The translations under genes and the position numbers were made by a program. DNA of 64,000 nt from positions 15,562,001-15,626,000 of the forward strand of contig NC_135767.1 of NCBI RefSeq assembly GCF_052425735.1, given 5' to 3'. The notes under the pieces were generated by a model. The model ran no database searches. It was not told the DNA's origin and saw only the letters and a program-made list of their open reading frames with translations. How positions within the stretch are numbered: the stretch's first letter is position 1; every line of letters begins with the position of its first letter. Below are positions 19,254-31,839 of the stretch, one piece after another. The DNA comes from Oculina patagonica (Eukaryota).

Positions 19254-19535
19254 TTCCGAGAATGAACACACGCGGGTTCCTAGAATTCCGAGAATTCCGA
19301 GAAAGATTCTCCACGCGCGTGCGTCGGGATTTTTCCCTTGGGGAAAATCCCGTCAGCTTGGGATTTTACCCTTGTGGGGAAAATCCCGTCACCTTGGGTG
19401 ACATTGATCATGAGATCTCATTGGTTCATTCTGTATCAGGTCACCTCGATTGACCAATGGGAATATTAGAGCCCAGTTCTTCTGGGATAGGAAAGTTGTA
19501 TAAAACGCGCTGCACTGCTAGAAAACTTCAGTTTT
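19254..19535 (+). promoter_or_regulatory. pPolB promoter with GAS-like and kB-like motif clusters, CCAAT, TATA and Inr
   Basis: TTCN3GAA at 19254, 19277, 19286, 19295; GGG(A/T-rich)CCC at 19326, 19340, 19360, 19376; CCAAT ~19454; TATAAAA 19499; TCAGTT with A at 19530. Confidence 0.65.
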
Positions 19536-19824
19536 GCCGGCCCATGGGGGCCGAACAGGAAGAAGCCAGAAGAAGCAAGCAAGAAAGAAGACAAGCAAGA
19601 AAAAAGCAAGCAAGAAAGAAGACAAGCAAGAAGAGGACATCGTGGTAAGAGAACCTTTCAGTCCTGAATTTTATTTTTATTTTTTGGAGCAATGAGTGTC
19701 TTGGGTTTTCGGATTTGAAAATTGGATTTTTTGTCGTTCGTCATAAAATTAATTGTGTGACTGATAAATGCCTTTGACATATTAATGTGTAATGTTTTCG
19801 TTTTTGTAGTTGGACCCGTCTAAC

Positions 19825-22800
19825 ATGGGAGAAAATGATTCAATTAAAGACATTGCGGTAAGTAAATTTTAAGTGATTGTCTGTGCAAGTAGTCGATTAC
19901 TGATCGACAAGGTCGTAGTCATTTCATGGTTTAGGCGCCGACTACGTTCCTCCCTCCCTGCTTGCTGTGCACATGCGTTTATGAAGATGCTTGATTACAA
20001 CAAACAACCCATCCTTCATATCTGGCAATCCACAAGCCAATCAGAAGACCTGCTGTCAATTAAAATATGTCAAACCTGTGAAATAGCTAGCATCTCGAGC
20101 CGGTATGTAATAGCCCGAATATAAACGTTGTGATCGGTTAGGTCGATAACATGTAATCTCGTTGTTTGAATAAATTAAAAAAGAAGCGTGTTGTTTTTCA
20201 TTCTTCAAAATGTTTGAATCGTAGGAGTGGAGCAACGAGTGGAACGATGATGGTGACGAACTTTTGGCGGACTCCGTTGATCAATCAGTGCAAGACGAGC
20301 CAGGATTCGATTTCCAACTTTTCCCCCACGTGGATAGACGGGTCAGGAGATTCGGGCTGAGACACAGGAACTACACGGCGCGATTGGTCCAACGTGGAGG
20401 CGGGGTCGACCTTTCCGTACCCCTAGGACCCAGACCCGTGCTGGCGGGCGAGATCGAGGAGGCCCTGCAGCGAGCCATCAACAGACAAGTGCTGACGGAC
20501 GACGCCGTCCGATTGGACGATCACTTGCTGATCAACATCAACTCCAACAGACTAAGGAACGCGTACCACTCGCGTCGATTGAGGGTCAGAGATTGGAGAG
20601 ACAACACTCTCCCTGCCAGACAAGTGTTGGACCAACTTAGCAACATGCTAAATTCTGATCAGCAGTTTAGAATAGACGACAGTTTTAACCTGAACATCAG
20701 CCACATACAGGACCCCGGAAGAGGAGGTAGACCACCCAAAGTGGGACTGGACGCCATAGAAAAGATTTTGGACGAGAAAAAATCGGTGATTAAAATTACA
20801 AACACAGACTCACTGTGCTGCGCCCGAGCCCTGGTGACCATGAAGGCTCATAGAGACCTTGGCGCCAGTGACAATAGATACAAGAATATACGACAAGGAA
20901 GTCGAGTCCAAGAACGTTTGGCCAAAGAGTTGCACCGCTCGGCCGGTGTAGCAGAAGGACCTTGCGGCCTAGACGAACTGCAAAAATTCCAAGTGTCATT
21001 GGCAGAGTACCAGATCGTGGTAATATCCGTCCAGCACGGCTACCAAATCATATACAAGGGACCGCAAAGACCGGAAGCCAAGCGTCTGATCCTAATAAAG
21101 AACGGCGACCATTACCACGGTTGCAACTCTTTGAAAGGCTTCTTCGATAAAAACTTCTATTGTATAGAATGTGAAAAAGGTTACGACCACAATAACGCCA
21201 AAGACCACCGCTGTCTGGGTAGAAAGTGCTTCGCCTGTCACCAGAGCGATTGCCGCGACTACAAGCGAGCAGAAGGAGAGACGGCGCAGGTGCGATGCAA
21301 CGACTGCGGGCGCTGCTTCTTCGGGGACCGCTGTTTCAAGAATCACAAGCAAAGGCAGAGCGACGACGGGAAAAAGGCCGACGGACGAAAAAAGAACAGC
21401 GTCTGTCACACGAGAAAGAAGTGCGAACGGTGCCGAAAGACCTACGAAGGGTACGAATTGACCAACGGTCACCGATGCGGCCACGCCGAATGCCCGTCGT
21501 GTCGAAAGTACGTGGACCTCAACGCCCACAAGTGCACGATCCAAAATCCAGAAAAGTTGGAAGAAGACAGAGAGAAGAGGCGGGCTAGAAAGAGGAGGAA
21601 CGACGGCACCCGAATCGTCCCGCAAGAACCCGAACCGCCCGTGTTCGTCTCGTGGGACGCGGAGGCCAGACAGGAAGAGGGCATACACGTTCCAAACCTC
21701 ATATGCGCCATGACAACGAACAGCGAGGAAGAGTACCAGTTCGAGGGGGAGACGTGCGTGAAGGACTTTTTGGATTGGTTGAGAGAGATCGCGGAGGACT
21801 CCAAGGTGATCGCCGTGGCCCATAATTTCCAGGGCTATGACGCCTACTTTGTGTTGGACGAACTGTACCGACAAGGCATCTGTCCCGACCAGGTGGTCAA
21901 CGGGGCCAAGATCTTATCCATGAGCATACCCAACATCACGTTCAAGGATTCGATGTGCTTCCTGCAAATGCCCCTGTCCTCGTTCCCCAAATCCTTCGGA
22001 CTGACGGAAGAAAAGAAGGGGTTTTTCCCGCACTTTTTTAATACCGTGAACAATCAGAACTATGTGGGACGGATCCCTGCCCGTGACTATTATGATCCCC
22101 AGGGCATGTCGAAAGAGAGAAAAGAGGAGTTTGATCAGTGGTACGCTGAACGATTGGCCGAGAACTATCACTTCGACTTTCAAAAGGAACTGATAGCTTA
22201 CTGTAAATCCGACGTGAGGCTGTTGCACGAGGGATGTCGAGTCTTTAGAGAAGAATTTCGCGACGTGGCGGGGTTCGACCCCATGGAGAAGTGTCTGACG
22301 ATAGCCACAGCCTGCAATCTCTATTTTCGCACCAAGTGCATGAGAAAGGACACCCTGGGCTCAGAACCCGTCAGAGGATGGCACGGAAAAGGGAAACCTC
22401 ACTCCAGAGCTTCGATGGAATGGCTGTTGTACGTGGGGAACGTGACGCACGCCAGAAACGGTGGCGAAGCAGTCATTCCCGTGGCCGGCAAACGCGTTCA
22501 CGTGGACGGCCTGTCGACGGACGAGAAGACGGTCTATGAGTTCCACGGCTGTTTCTACCACGGTTGTCCGACGTGTTTTCCCCAGCGCGACAAGAAGCAT
22601 TCCAAATTGGACGGTAGGAGCATGAGAGACGCATACGAATCGACGCTCGACAAGACCGCGTCGCTGAGAGAAGCCGGGTATGAAGTTATAGAGATGTGGG
22701 AGTGCGAATGGAACGAGAAGAAGAGGACGGATGCTGACGTGGGCGCCTACGTGAAATCGCTGCGACTGACCGAGAGACTGGAACCGAGAGACGCGTTTTT

Positions 22801-24256
22801 TGGCGGGCGAACCAACGCCATAAAATTATACCACAAAGTCCAAGAGGGTGAAAAAATCCAGTACGTGGACTTCACTTCCCTCTACCCCTTTATCAACAAG
22901 AATTGCGAGTACCCCGTGGGACATCCCGAGATCATCGTGGAACCGGGCACCACGGACCTCTCTGGATACTTCGGGTTGGCCAAATGCACAGTGTCTCCAC
23001 CGCACGGACTGTACCACCCTGTACTGCCCTACAGGCACGGCGGAAAACTGACGTTTCCATTGTGTCGGACATGCGTAGAGACCGAACAGGGGAAACCGCT
23101 GACCGAAAGATCGTGCAAGTGTAAGCACAGTCCCGAGGAGCGGCAATTGACTGGGACCTGGTGCACACCAGAGATCGAGGAGGCCGTGAAACGCGGGTAC
23201 GTCATAGAACACGTCCACGAAGTGTGGCATTTTGAGAAGAAAGACGACACGCTGTTCAGAGAATTCGTAAACACATTTCTAAAAATGAAGCAAGAAGCCA
23301 GTGGTTGGCCATCGTGGGTGGGTGACGACGTGGACAAACGCGTCCAGTACATCACTCAATACGAGCAGAAAGAAGGCATCAAATTAGACGCCGACAAGAT
23401 CGAGAAGAACCCCGGAAGGAGAAGCTTGGCAAAAATGATGCTAAACTCCTTCTGGGGAAAATACGGGCAGCAGTCCAACAAGAGTCAAGTAGAGGCGTAT
23501 ACATCTCCGGCAGAGTTCCACGACCTACTCAGAAACGACGAGAAAGTCATCGAAGACCTGCGCGTGGTAAATCCTGAAATGATCGAGGTCGTGCACAAGA
23601 ACAAAGAAGCCTGCGACCCCGTTCAAGTGAATATCAACATCTTCGTGGCCTGCTTCACCACGTGTTGGGCCAGACTGAAACTGTATCGGGACGGGCTCTC
23701 CAAACTGCAAGACGAGCAGGTCCTGTATTTCGACACCGACTCCATCATCTACAAACGGGGCGAAGGAGAAGACGAACTACCCCTGGGCGACTATCTGGGA
23801 GAGTTTACCAACGAACTAGACGACGAGGATTTTATCGTCGAGTTCGCCTCGGCAGGGCCGAAAAATTATGGATATAAAACAAAAAACGGGAAAACTACCT
23901 GCAAAGTGCGAGGATTCTCGCTCAACGCGCGAGGATCCGAACAATTGAATTACGAGATCTTGAAGCAGAACGTGTGCGACGAAGTGGAGCGACCCTTGGA
24001 CAAGCCCCGACACATACCCGTATTCAACCCGCACAAAATTACGCGAGACAAGAAGACAAAACAACTCCACACGCAGACAGAAATAAAACAATACAGAGTC
24101 GTATTTGATAAAAGGGTCGTGGACCCTGACAGTTTCTTCTCTTACCCTTATGGGTATTTGAAGAGCAGACTTGAGGTGGAAGCTGAAGAGCTTATGGATT
24201 TGGCCGAATTGAACGAGCAAGACAAAAGGAACATTGAAGTATTAATGGACCTTTGA
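19825..24256 (+). CDS. pPolB: Protein-primed family B DNA polymerase (TP region, vOTU, Zn fingers, 3'-5' exo, VSR-like insert, polymerase); predicted spliced, 1354 aa
   Basis: WDAE, AHNFQGYD, FKDS, KGFFPH, YCKSDV, DFTSLYP, KMMLNSFWGK, YFDTDS, GPKNY; exon 19825-19857 (GTAAGT donor) joins in frame to 20225-24256. Confidence 0.95.
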
Positions 24257-24432
24257 CTTTTTTTATTTCATTATAAAACCATGACCACTATTTTCAATTG
24301 TTTATTTGCATCATGGTCAGGCGAACGAAAACGATGTAACGTTCCTTTATTGTGAGCACATTAAAGAACAGGTTGAACGTGTTCATGGTGTCTATTGCAT
24401 TCGATCACAGACTTGAGCAACACAAATATAGT

Positions 24433-25409
24433 CAAAACTCTCTTACTCGTTCCCAGTACACCCGAGAAAGGGGGATACCCCCATCCCCCTCTCTCTCACG
24501 TGATTTTTTAAAAAATAGCTTTACAAGCGTGCGTTTTCTCTGAATCGCCGACCCAAATTCTTAGAAAAAGCAATATAGACTCAACTGCGCATGCGTGTAG
24601 TGCAAAATGTTTAGTTTCAGATACCACAAGGAAAGCCTATATACCTTTGGGGTCTTCATAAGAGGGGTAACTCATTATTTAGTGCAAGTGTATCGCATAG
24701 ACTAATCTGCGCCTGCGTTTAGTGCACAGTATTTAGTTTTAGATACCACAAGGATAGCCTGGCCGTTTGTGAACCATATATAAAGGATGGTCGGCTTGCT
24801 AACTCTGTGAGTGAATCGCGTAGACTACTCTGCGCATGCGTTAAGTGCCAAGTATCGAGTTTCAGATACCACAAGGACAGTATGGCCGTTTGCGAACCAT
24901 ATATAAAGGATGGTCAGCTTGCTAACTCTGTGAGTGAATCGCGTAGACTCAACTGCGCATGCGTTTAGTGCCAAGTATTTAGTTTCAGATACCACAAGGG
25001 CAGCATGGCCGTTTGTGAACCATATATAAAGGATGGTCGGCTTGCTAACTCTGTGAGTGAATCGCGTAGACTACTCTGCGCATGCGTTAAGTGCCAAGTA
25101 TTTAGTTTCAGATACCACAAGGACAGCATGGCAGTTTGCGAGGATGGTGGTCTTGCTAAGATAGGGCGCGGGATTACTCGGGTCCCGCAGACGTCCCGCG
25201 TGTCAACTCGGTTCCAGGCCTCGCGCGGCCAATGATGACGTAATAAACGGCCATTGAACGCTGATTGGTGGTCCGAGTGATGACGTCACAGCCTCAAAAA
25301 TTTGAACTACTTATTTGTCACGTGACCCGATCCCTGTAACGTGATTGGTCATCTGCTATAATCCCTGCACTGTGATTGGTATTCTGCTAAACAGCTGTGC
25401 CTTACTACT
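24433..25409 (-). repeat. Right terminal inverted repeat (977 bp)
   Basis: Reverse complement of 4639-5615. Confidence 0.95.
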
Positions 25410-25534
25410 TACTATGATTGGTTGATTACTGTTGATGACGTAAAACCGCGAGGTGAAGAGAATCTACGTTTTAATGTTAAATAAAGCGCTAAATATTACT
25501 TTGTTGTGCGTTATTTTCTTTGTGCTGTTTTCTA

Positions 25535-25557
25535 AAAGAAATAGAAAACATGTTTTC

Positions 25558-25591
<34 letters not shown>

Positions 25592-25639
25592 AGTTTGGGA
25601 GAACTCGAAAAAGCTGTGGAAACACTCGTCTATCGACTC

Positions 25640-25670
<31 letters not shown>

Positions 25671-25689
25671 CTTCCACTCGTGTTTCTAT

Positions 25690-25721
<32 letters not shown>

Positions 25722-25728
25722 TGAGCAA

Positions 25729-25764
<36 letters not shown>

Positions 25765-25765
25765 T

Positions 25766-25801
<36 letters not shown>

Positions 25802-26022
25802 GAAACTCTAAAGGATTGCAGTCCAAAACCTACAATATTGTGCTCTTTGAAGACAAAAATCAAGAAAATTTACCGCTTAAAGAGCTACGCGCGCGCGACT
25901 GTTTTCTATCGGCGAATAGAAAACAGTGGGAGAACCAATCAGATTCGCGGATTTCCAATAGAACACAGCTGAGTTTCTACTAAAACTCGATAGAAACACG
26001 GAACATGTTTTCTATTTCTTAA
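25535..26022. repeat. Palindromic interspersed repeat with a second palindromic element nested at ~25691-25985
   Basis: aagaaatagaaaacatgtt...aacatgttttctatttctt arms; inner hairpin acaattagactacg...gtagtctaattgt. Confidence 0.65.
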
Positions 26023-28199
26023 TTAAAAGCGCGTTTGGCTAGCTGCGGATGGCTCGGATGGAAATGGCTTCCAATTTGAAAACGTTAGCCAACGTTTTCA
26101 AGTTGTTTCCGCGTGCCTTCAAATCAATTGATTATTTATAGTCGAAGTGTGGTTTCTATTTCCAAATAAATTTTATATCTTCTACTAAAATTTACTGTTC
26201 AAAGATAATTGTTTTTTATGGTTAAAGTTGCCTACCACTTATATCAGAACAGTTAAGGCTAAAAATCTGCGAAATTCCCGCGACATAGTCCCTTTAAATT
26301 TTATATAAATGTTCGATTTTAACCCAGCATATTTGCGCATTAGCGCGTGAGAGGACCTAAGGTCAAGAGGAAAAAGGCAAGCATCGGATAAGGCAGAGAT
26401 GTAACCTAAAGGTGCACTTCTGAGTTTAAGTATTGGGGCGATTTATCAGCCATCAGTAAATTTGGCAGATTTTACATTTCAGCTATTAGTAAGAAACGCG
26501 CGTGTCTTTTTACAGTTTACAACATTACAGCATGAAAATTTGTATCTTAGTGAAGAAGTTAAAGGGGGTGTAATCTGGTTTTAAGTTTGTTATCCAACTT
26601 TACACCATCTATTAAATGTTGTTAAAGGTGGTTAAACCAATCTTTAGGCTACCATGTGTAAGTGTGATTTAAAGCGGTTGGTGTACTGAAAGAAGTCCCA
26701 TTACTCTGCCTTTACTTGAGTGTAATGCTGGCATAAAGGTCAGCTTTAAAAATGTAAAGTAAGCGTGAAGCTGATTAAATTCCGAATTTACGCCAGCTTT
26801 ATTTGAGCTTTACGCCATAGTAAAATTATGTTTTTATTCTGTTTAACAGTTTTGTCTAACTCAGCTATCGGCTGTCAAGCCCAATTAAAATGAGCAATTT
26901 CTTATATTCAAGGTATACTTATACAGCATGTAAGTCATTATAACTTGGAAATGTAGGATTTGTCGCAGTCACAGTCACAGTCACATATGTGAGGATTTTG
27001 GCAAAGAAAAAGAGTTGAAGTTATAAACTTTTTTCTTGGATCTGTACTCTTCCCTGGGACCCTTCTAAGAGCAGTTCTATTTCAAGGGAATTTCATAACA
27101 TAGTGTCATGACCAAGAATGTCTATTGCCCTAGCTAAATAAAATATAATAATTAAGCGGTAGGCTAATGCAAGAAGAAGGGCTTTAGACAGGAAGACAAG
27201 CATAAGGGAAACAACGGTGGAGTCCGGGTTGAGGGACTGGAGGAGATTGCAAAAGAACGGAACACCGGCTATAAAGACCCCTCTGTTGAATTTTGTGCAC
27301 CAATTTTAGCAATTGGACTGATGACAGCAAGTGTCTATGCCGGTCTACCATATACAATTACCGTTCAGTGCACATACTGGTCTGAAAGCCGGCAGGTAAT
27401 AGACTTCTACACTCCAAGCTTAAGGTCGCGCAGGACCCTTGCTCATTAATAAAGTCATTAGCCAAATTTCTTGACGGGGTGCTATCTTGTAAAGCTTTAA
27501 TTCGCTACATTTTGAAATTTATCAAGGATATTAAGGGATGATGGAGAGAGACGACCGTTTACTGTAATGCTACAGGCTCTTCAAAGTTTAACTGCAGATA
27601 ATGCGATTTTGTGTACAAGTTTTCGGCTACAACAGGGCACCGAACTAAATGATTATATAATCTAGTGATGAATCAAAACCTCTTTTGTGTTATGACAAGA
27701 ACGAAATTTTCGATTTCAAAAACTGCTAGAAGTTATCTGCTTCTAAGAGAGTAAAAATGTGAAGTGTAAACTTTGAAACGTGCTATCTTCGTTTTGAGAA
27801 CGAAATTTCAAAATTCGCTTTTGTCATAACACAATAGAGTGCACCAAGGTCATGTTCCTCGCGAATCAACTCCTGAAATTCTATATCGGCGAAGAAAATT
27901 TGGACACAAAATTGCAGGATTTTCCGCTTCCGAAGACCTTCCGAGTCAATGTTTACAACCCTTCTCGGAGACCCAGGGGCAGTTAGTGGGGGCGACGTGC
28001 AGCTTATCGGGACAACAGGAATTTCGGGCGAAAGTTTACAACATAGAGCGTAACAGCCCCTGGGCACTTTGTCTTACCGAACCAGTTCCAGAAGCGTTTG
28101 AACTCCTTCCTCCTGATTGGCCACAAAAATATTTTTGTGGCCAATCAGCAACGAAGACCGGCCAGGAGACTCTGATGTCTTCTTACACGAAGTTGTTTA

Positions 28200-30940
28200 G
28201 AATGTATACTTTAGGCCTTTAAGGGAAAATGCCATCACGTGGATTCCGCGTAATTTCCCCCTCAGGCCCACAGAAATCAAATAAGAAAGTGGCACTTTGT
28301 TCGCACTCAAAATGGCGATTTTTGGCACTTGCGTTTGAAGCGACGATGTAGATCAAGCGTCATTTTTACTCCAGACGCAGCAAAAACTGTGGTTTTGACA
28401 CTTAAAATGTACATTTTTGGCCTTTTAGGGAAAATGCCATCACGTGGATTCGGCGTAATGTTCCGTTAAGACCCACAAAAATGAAATAAGAAAGTAGCAC
28501 TTTGTCGATCAAAATGGCGATTTTTGGATCTTGTGTTTTAAAGCGAATACGTAAATCAAGCGTAATTTTCATCTCAGATTGATCAAAAACTGCCGATTTA
28601 ACACTTAAAATGTTTATTTCAGGTCTTTTAGAAAACATGCCTTCACGTGGATTCGGCGTAATGTTCCGTTAAGACCCACAAAAATCAAATAAGAAAGTGG
28701 CGCTTTGTCACTCAAAATGGCGATTTTTGGATCTTGTGTTTCAAAGCGAATACGTCAATCAAGCGTAATTTTCACTTCAGATCCATTAAAAACTGCCGGC
28801 TTGACACTTCAAATGTACATTTTAGGTTTTTTAGGTAAAATGCCATCACATGGATTCGGCGTAATTTTCCGTGAAGACTCAAAGAAAGCAAATAAGATAG
28901 TGGCACTTTGTCGATCAAAATGGCGATTTTTGGAATTTTGTCTTTTAAAGCGAATTCGTAAATCAAGCGTAATTTTCACTTCAGATCGATCAAAAACTGC
29001 CGATTTAACACTTAAAATGTTTATTTAAGGTCTTTTAGGAAACATGCCATCACGTGGATTCGGCGTAATGTTCCGTAAAGACCCACAGAAATCAAATAAG
29101 AAAGTGGCACTTTGGCACTCAAAATGGCGATTTTTGGGGTCTTGTGTTTAAAAGCGACCAGATAAAAAAAGCGTAATTTTCACTCCAGATCCATTAATAA
29201 CTGCGGGTTTGACACTTAAAATGTACATTTGTGGTCTTGTAGAGAAAGTGCCATCACGTGGATTCGGCGTAATCTTCCCTCCAGACCCACGGAAATCAAA
29301 TAAAAAAGTGGCATTTTGTCACTCAAAATGGCGATGTTTGGCTCTTCCTGTTTAAAAGAAACCACGTAGATCAAAGGTAAATTTCACTCCAGATACAGCA
29401 AAAACTGTCGGTTTGAAACTTAAAATGTATATTTCAGGCCTTTTAGGGAAAACGCCATCACGTGGATCCGGCGTAATGTTCCCTCCAGACCCACAGAAAT
29501 CAAATAAAAAAGTGGCATTTTGTCACTCAAAATGGCGATTTTTGGCTCTTGTGTTTAAAAGCGACCAGATAAATCAAGCGTAATTTTCACTCCAGATCGA
29601 TCAAAAATTGCAGGGTTGACAGCAGTTAAAATGTACCTTTTAGGCCTTTTAAGGAACATGCCATCACGCAGATTCGGCGTAATGTTCCCTCCAGACCCAC
29701 AAAAATCAAAAAAGGAAGTAAAACTTTGTCATTCAAAATGGCGACTTTTGGCTCTTGTGTTTAAAATCGACCACGTAGATCAAGCGTACATTTTACTCCA
29801 GATGCAGCAAAAACTGTCAGTTTAACACTTAAAATATACAATTTAGGCCTTTTAGGGAAAATGCCATCACGTGCATTCGGTGTAATCTTCAGTCAAGACC
29901 CACAGAAATCAAATAAGAGAGTGTCACTTTGTCACTCAAAAATAATGGCGATTTTTGGCTCTTTCATTTTAAAGCCGTAAAGTAAATCAAGCGTAATTTC
30001 CACTCCAAATGCAGAAAAAACTGTCGGTTTGTCAATTAAAATGTACATTTTAGGCCTTTTAGGGAAAATGCCATCACGTAGATTCGGCGTAAATGTTCCG
30101 GCAAAACCCACAGAAATCAAATAAGAAAGTGGCACTTTGTCACTCAAAATGGCGATTTTTGGCTGTTGTGTTTAAAAGCGACCACGTAGATCAAACGTCA
30201 TTTTCACTCCAGATGCAGCAAAAACTTTCGGTTTGACACTTACAAATGTTAATTGAAGGCCATTTAGGGAAAATGCCGTCACGTGCATTCGGTGTAATCA
30301 TCTGTCAAGACCCACAGAAAAACTGAATAAGAAAGTGACACTTCGTCACTCAAAATGGCGATTTTTAGCCCTTGTGTTGAAGCAAAAACGTAAATCAAGC
30401 GTAATTTTTTCTCCAGATCCATTAGTAACTGCCGGTTTGACAGTAAAAATGTATATTTTTGATCTTTTAGGGAAAATGCCATCACGTGGATTCGGCGTTA
30501 GGGTAATGTTCCCTCCAGACCCACAGAAATGAAGTAAGAAAGTGGCACATTGTCACTCAAAATGGCTTAAAAAAACTCTTCTGTTTAAAATCGACCACGT
30601 AGATCAAGCGTAATTTTTACTCCAGATGCAGCACAAACTGTCAGTTTAACACTTAAAATGTACAGTTTAGGCCATCGCGTGGATTCGGCGTTATCGTCCG
30701 TCAAGACTCACAGAAATCAAATAAGGAAAGGGCACTTTGTCACTCAAATGGCGATTTTTGGATCTTGCGTTTTAAAGCGAATACGTAAATCAAGCGTAAT
30801 TTTCAATCCACATCCATCAAAAACTGGCGATTTGACACTTAAAATGTACATTTTAGGTCTTTTAGGGAAAATGCCATCACGTGGTTTCGGCGTAATGTTC
30901 CCTCCAGACCCACAGAAATCAAATAAGAAAATGTCACTTC
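28200..30940. repeat. Satellite-like tandem array, ~13-14 copies of ~204 bp
   Basis: ATGCCATCACGTGGATTCGGCGTAAT and CAAAATGGCGATTTTTGG recur about every 204 bp. Confidence 0.93.
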
Positions 30941-31126
30941 CCCTTTACCTAAGTGGTGTCCTCCTCTTTTCCTTATCTGTTTTTCAAAATATAGCGTAAT
31001 ATTGCGATTTTTTTTGTTATTATTATTTTTTATTTATCCTAGTTGCCGGCATCTTGGGAATCCCGCTTCCCGCTTTCCGCCAAGGTACATTTATTCTCAC
31101 AAAATGATCTTTACATCTTATTCAGG

Positions 31127-31287
31127 NNNNNNNNNNNNNNNNNNNNNNNNNNNNNNNNNNNNNNNNNNNNNNNNNNNNNNNNNNNNNNNNNNNNNNNNNN
31201 NNNNNNNNNNNNNNNNNNNNNNNNNNNNNNNNNNNNNNNNNNNNNNNNNNNNNNNNNNNNNNNNNNNNNNNNNNNNNNNNNNNNNNN
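31127..31287. other. Assembly gap
   Basis: Run of N. Confidence 1.
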
Positions 31288-31604
31288 CAATCTACGAGTG
31301 TCTTTCCTGTTGTGACTGTATATTGAACTTTTTACAAGAACTGAACCGATTGCGAAAACTCCTCTTCGACTCAACAACTTAATACTGCTTCTGAAGAGTC
31401 AGGTGTAGCTATTAATCAAGATCATAAAAATGTATGCACTCACAAAGCCAAGTACAACTCAGCTCACACCAATTCCAAGTTTATTGTACGATTAGCGGAG
31501 GGTAGCAAGAAACGAAGCGATGACATTAACAACAATATTCGCGTGTGATTGTAGTTCGAACTCAAAGGCATTTAAGAAATTAAATATTGTGTAAAACCAA
31601 CTAA

Positions 31605-31839
31605 CAGGGTCGTAACCAGGTATATTTTTTCATCGCTGATCCCAAATTTTAGCTCTAAATTTTGATTCCTGATCCCCCAAATGTGCCAACATTTGTTCTC
31701 TGATTCCATTCTGATCCCATCTGATTGGCCGGTCCGGATCCCATGACATGCTATGACTTGTGACCCGGGATCCCGGGTCCATGATCCCGATCCCAAAGCT
31801 GTGATCAGGCCTGATCCCATATACCTGGTTACGACCCTG
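31605..31839. mobile_element. MITE with 6-bp TSD
   Basis: TIR CAGGGTCGTAACCAGGTATAT / ATATACCTGGTTACGACCCTG; AACTAA on both sides. Confidence 0.75.

Larger units (their letters stand above)
4639..25409. mobile_element. Complete Polinton/Maverick (adintovirus-like endogenous virus), 20,771 bp
   Basis: Termini AGTAGT...ACTACT; 6-bp TSD TACTAT (4633-4638, 25410-25415); long TIRs; pPolB, integrase, ATPase, protease, MCP and mCP all with open frames. Confidence 0.97.
3832..26293. mobile_element. Kolobok-like non-autonomous DNA transposon, interrupted by nested insertions including the Polinton
   Basis: TTAA|AGGGACTATG at 3828-3841 and CATAGTCCCT|TTAA at 26284-26297. Confidence 0.6.

Noticed and set aside
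19277-19309. Heat-shock element
   Set aside because: TTC/GAA spacing is 3 and 0 nt, not the alternating nGAAn pentamer spacing; fits GAS better
4639-25409. Bacterial prophage or contamination (dense intronless overlapping genes)
   Set aside because: Eukaryotic promoters, rve integrase, Polinton termini and a TSD within host repeats
28402-30999. ORFs in the satellite
   Set aside because: Chance frames in tandem repeats, inconsistent between units
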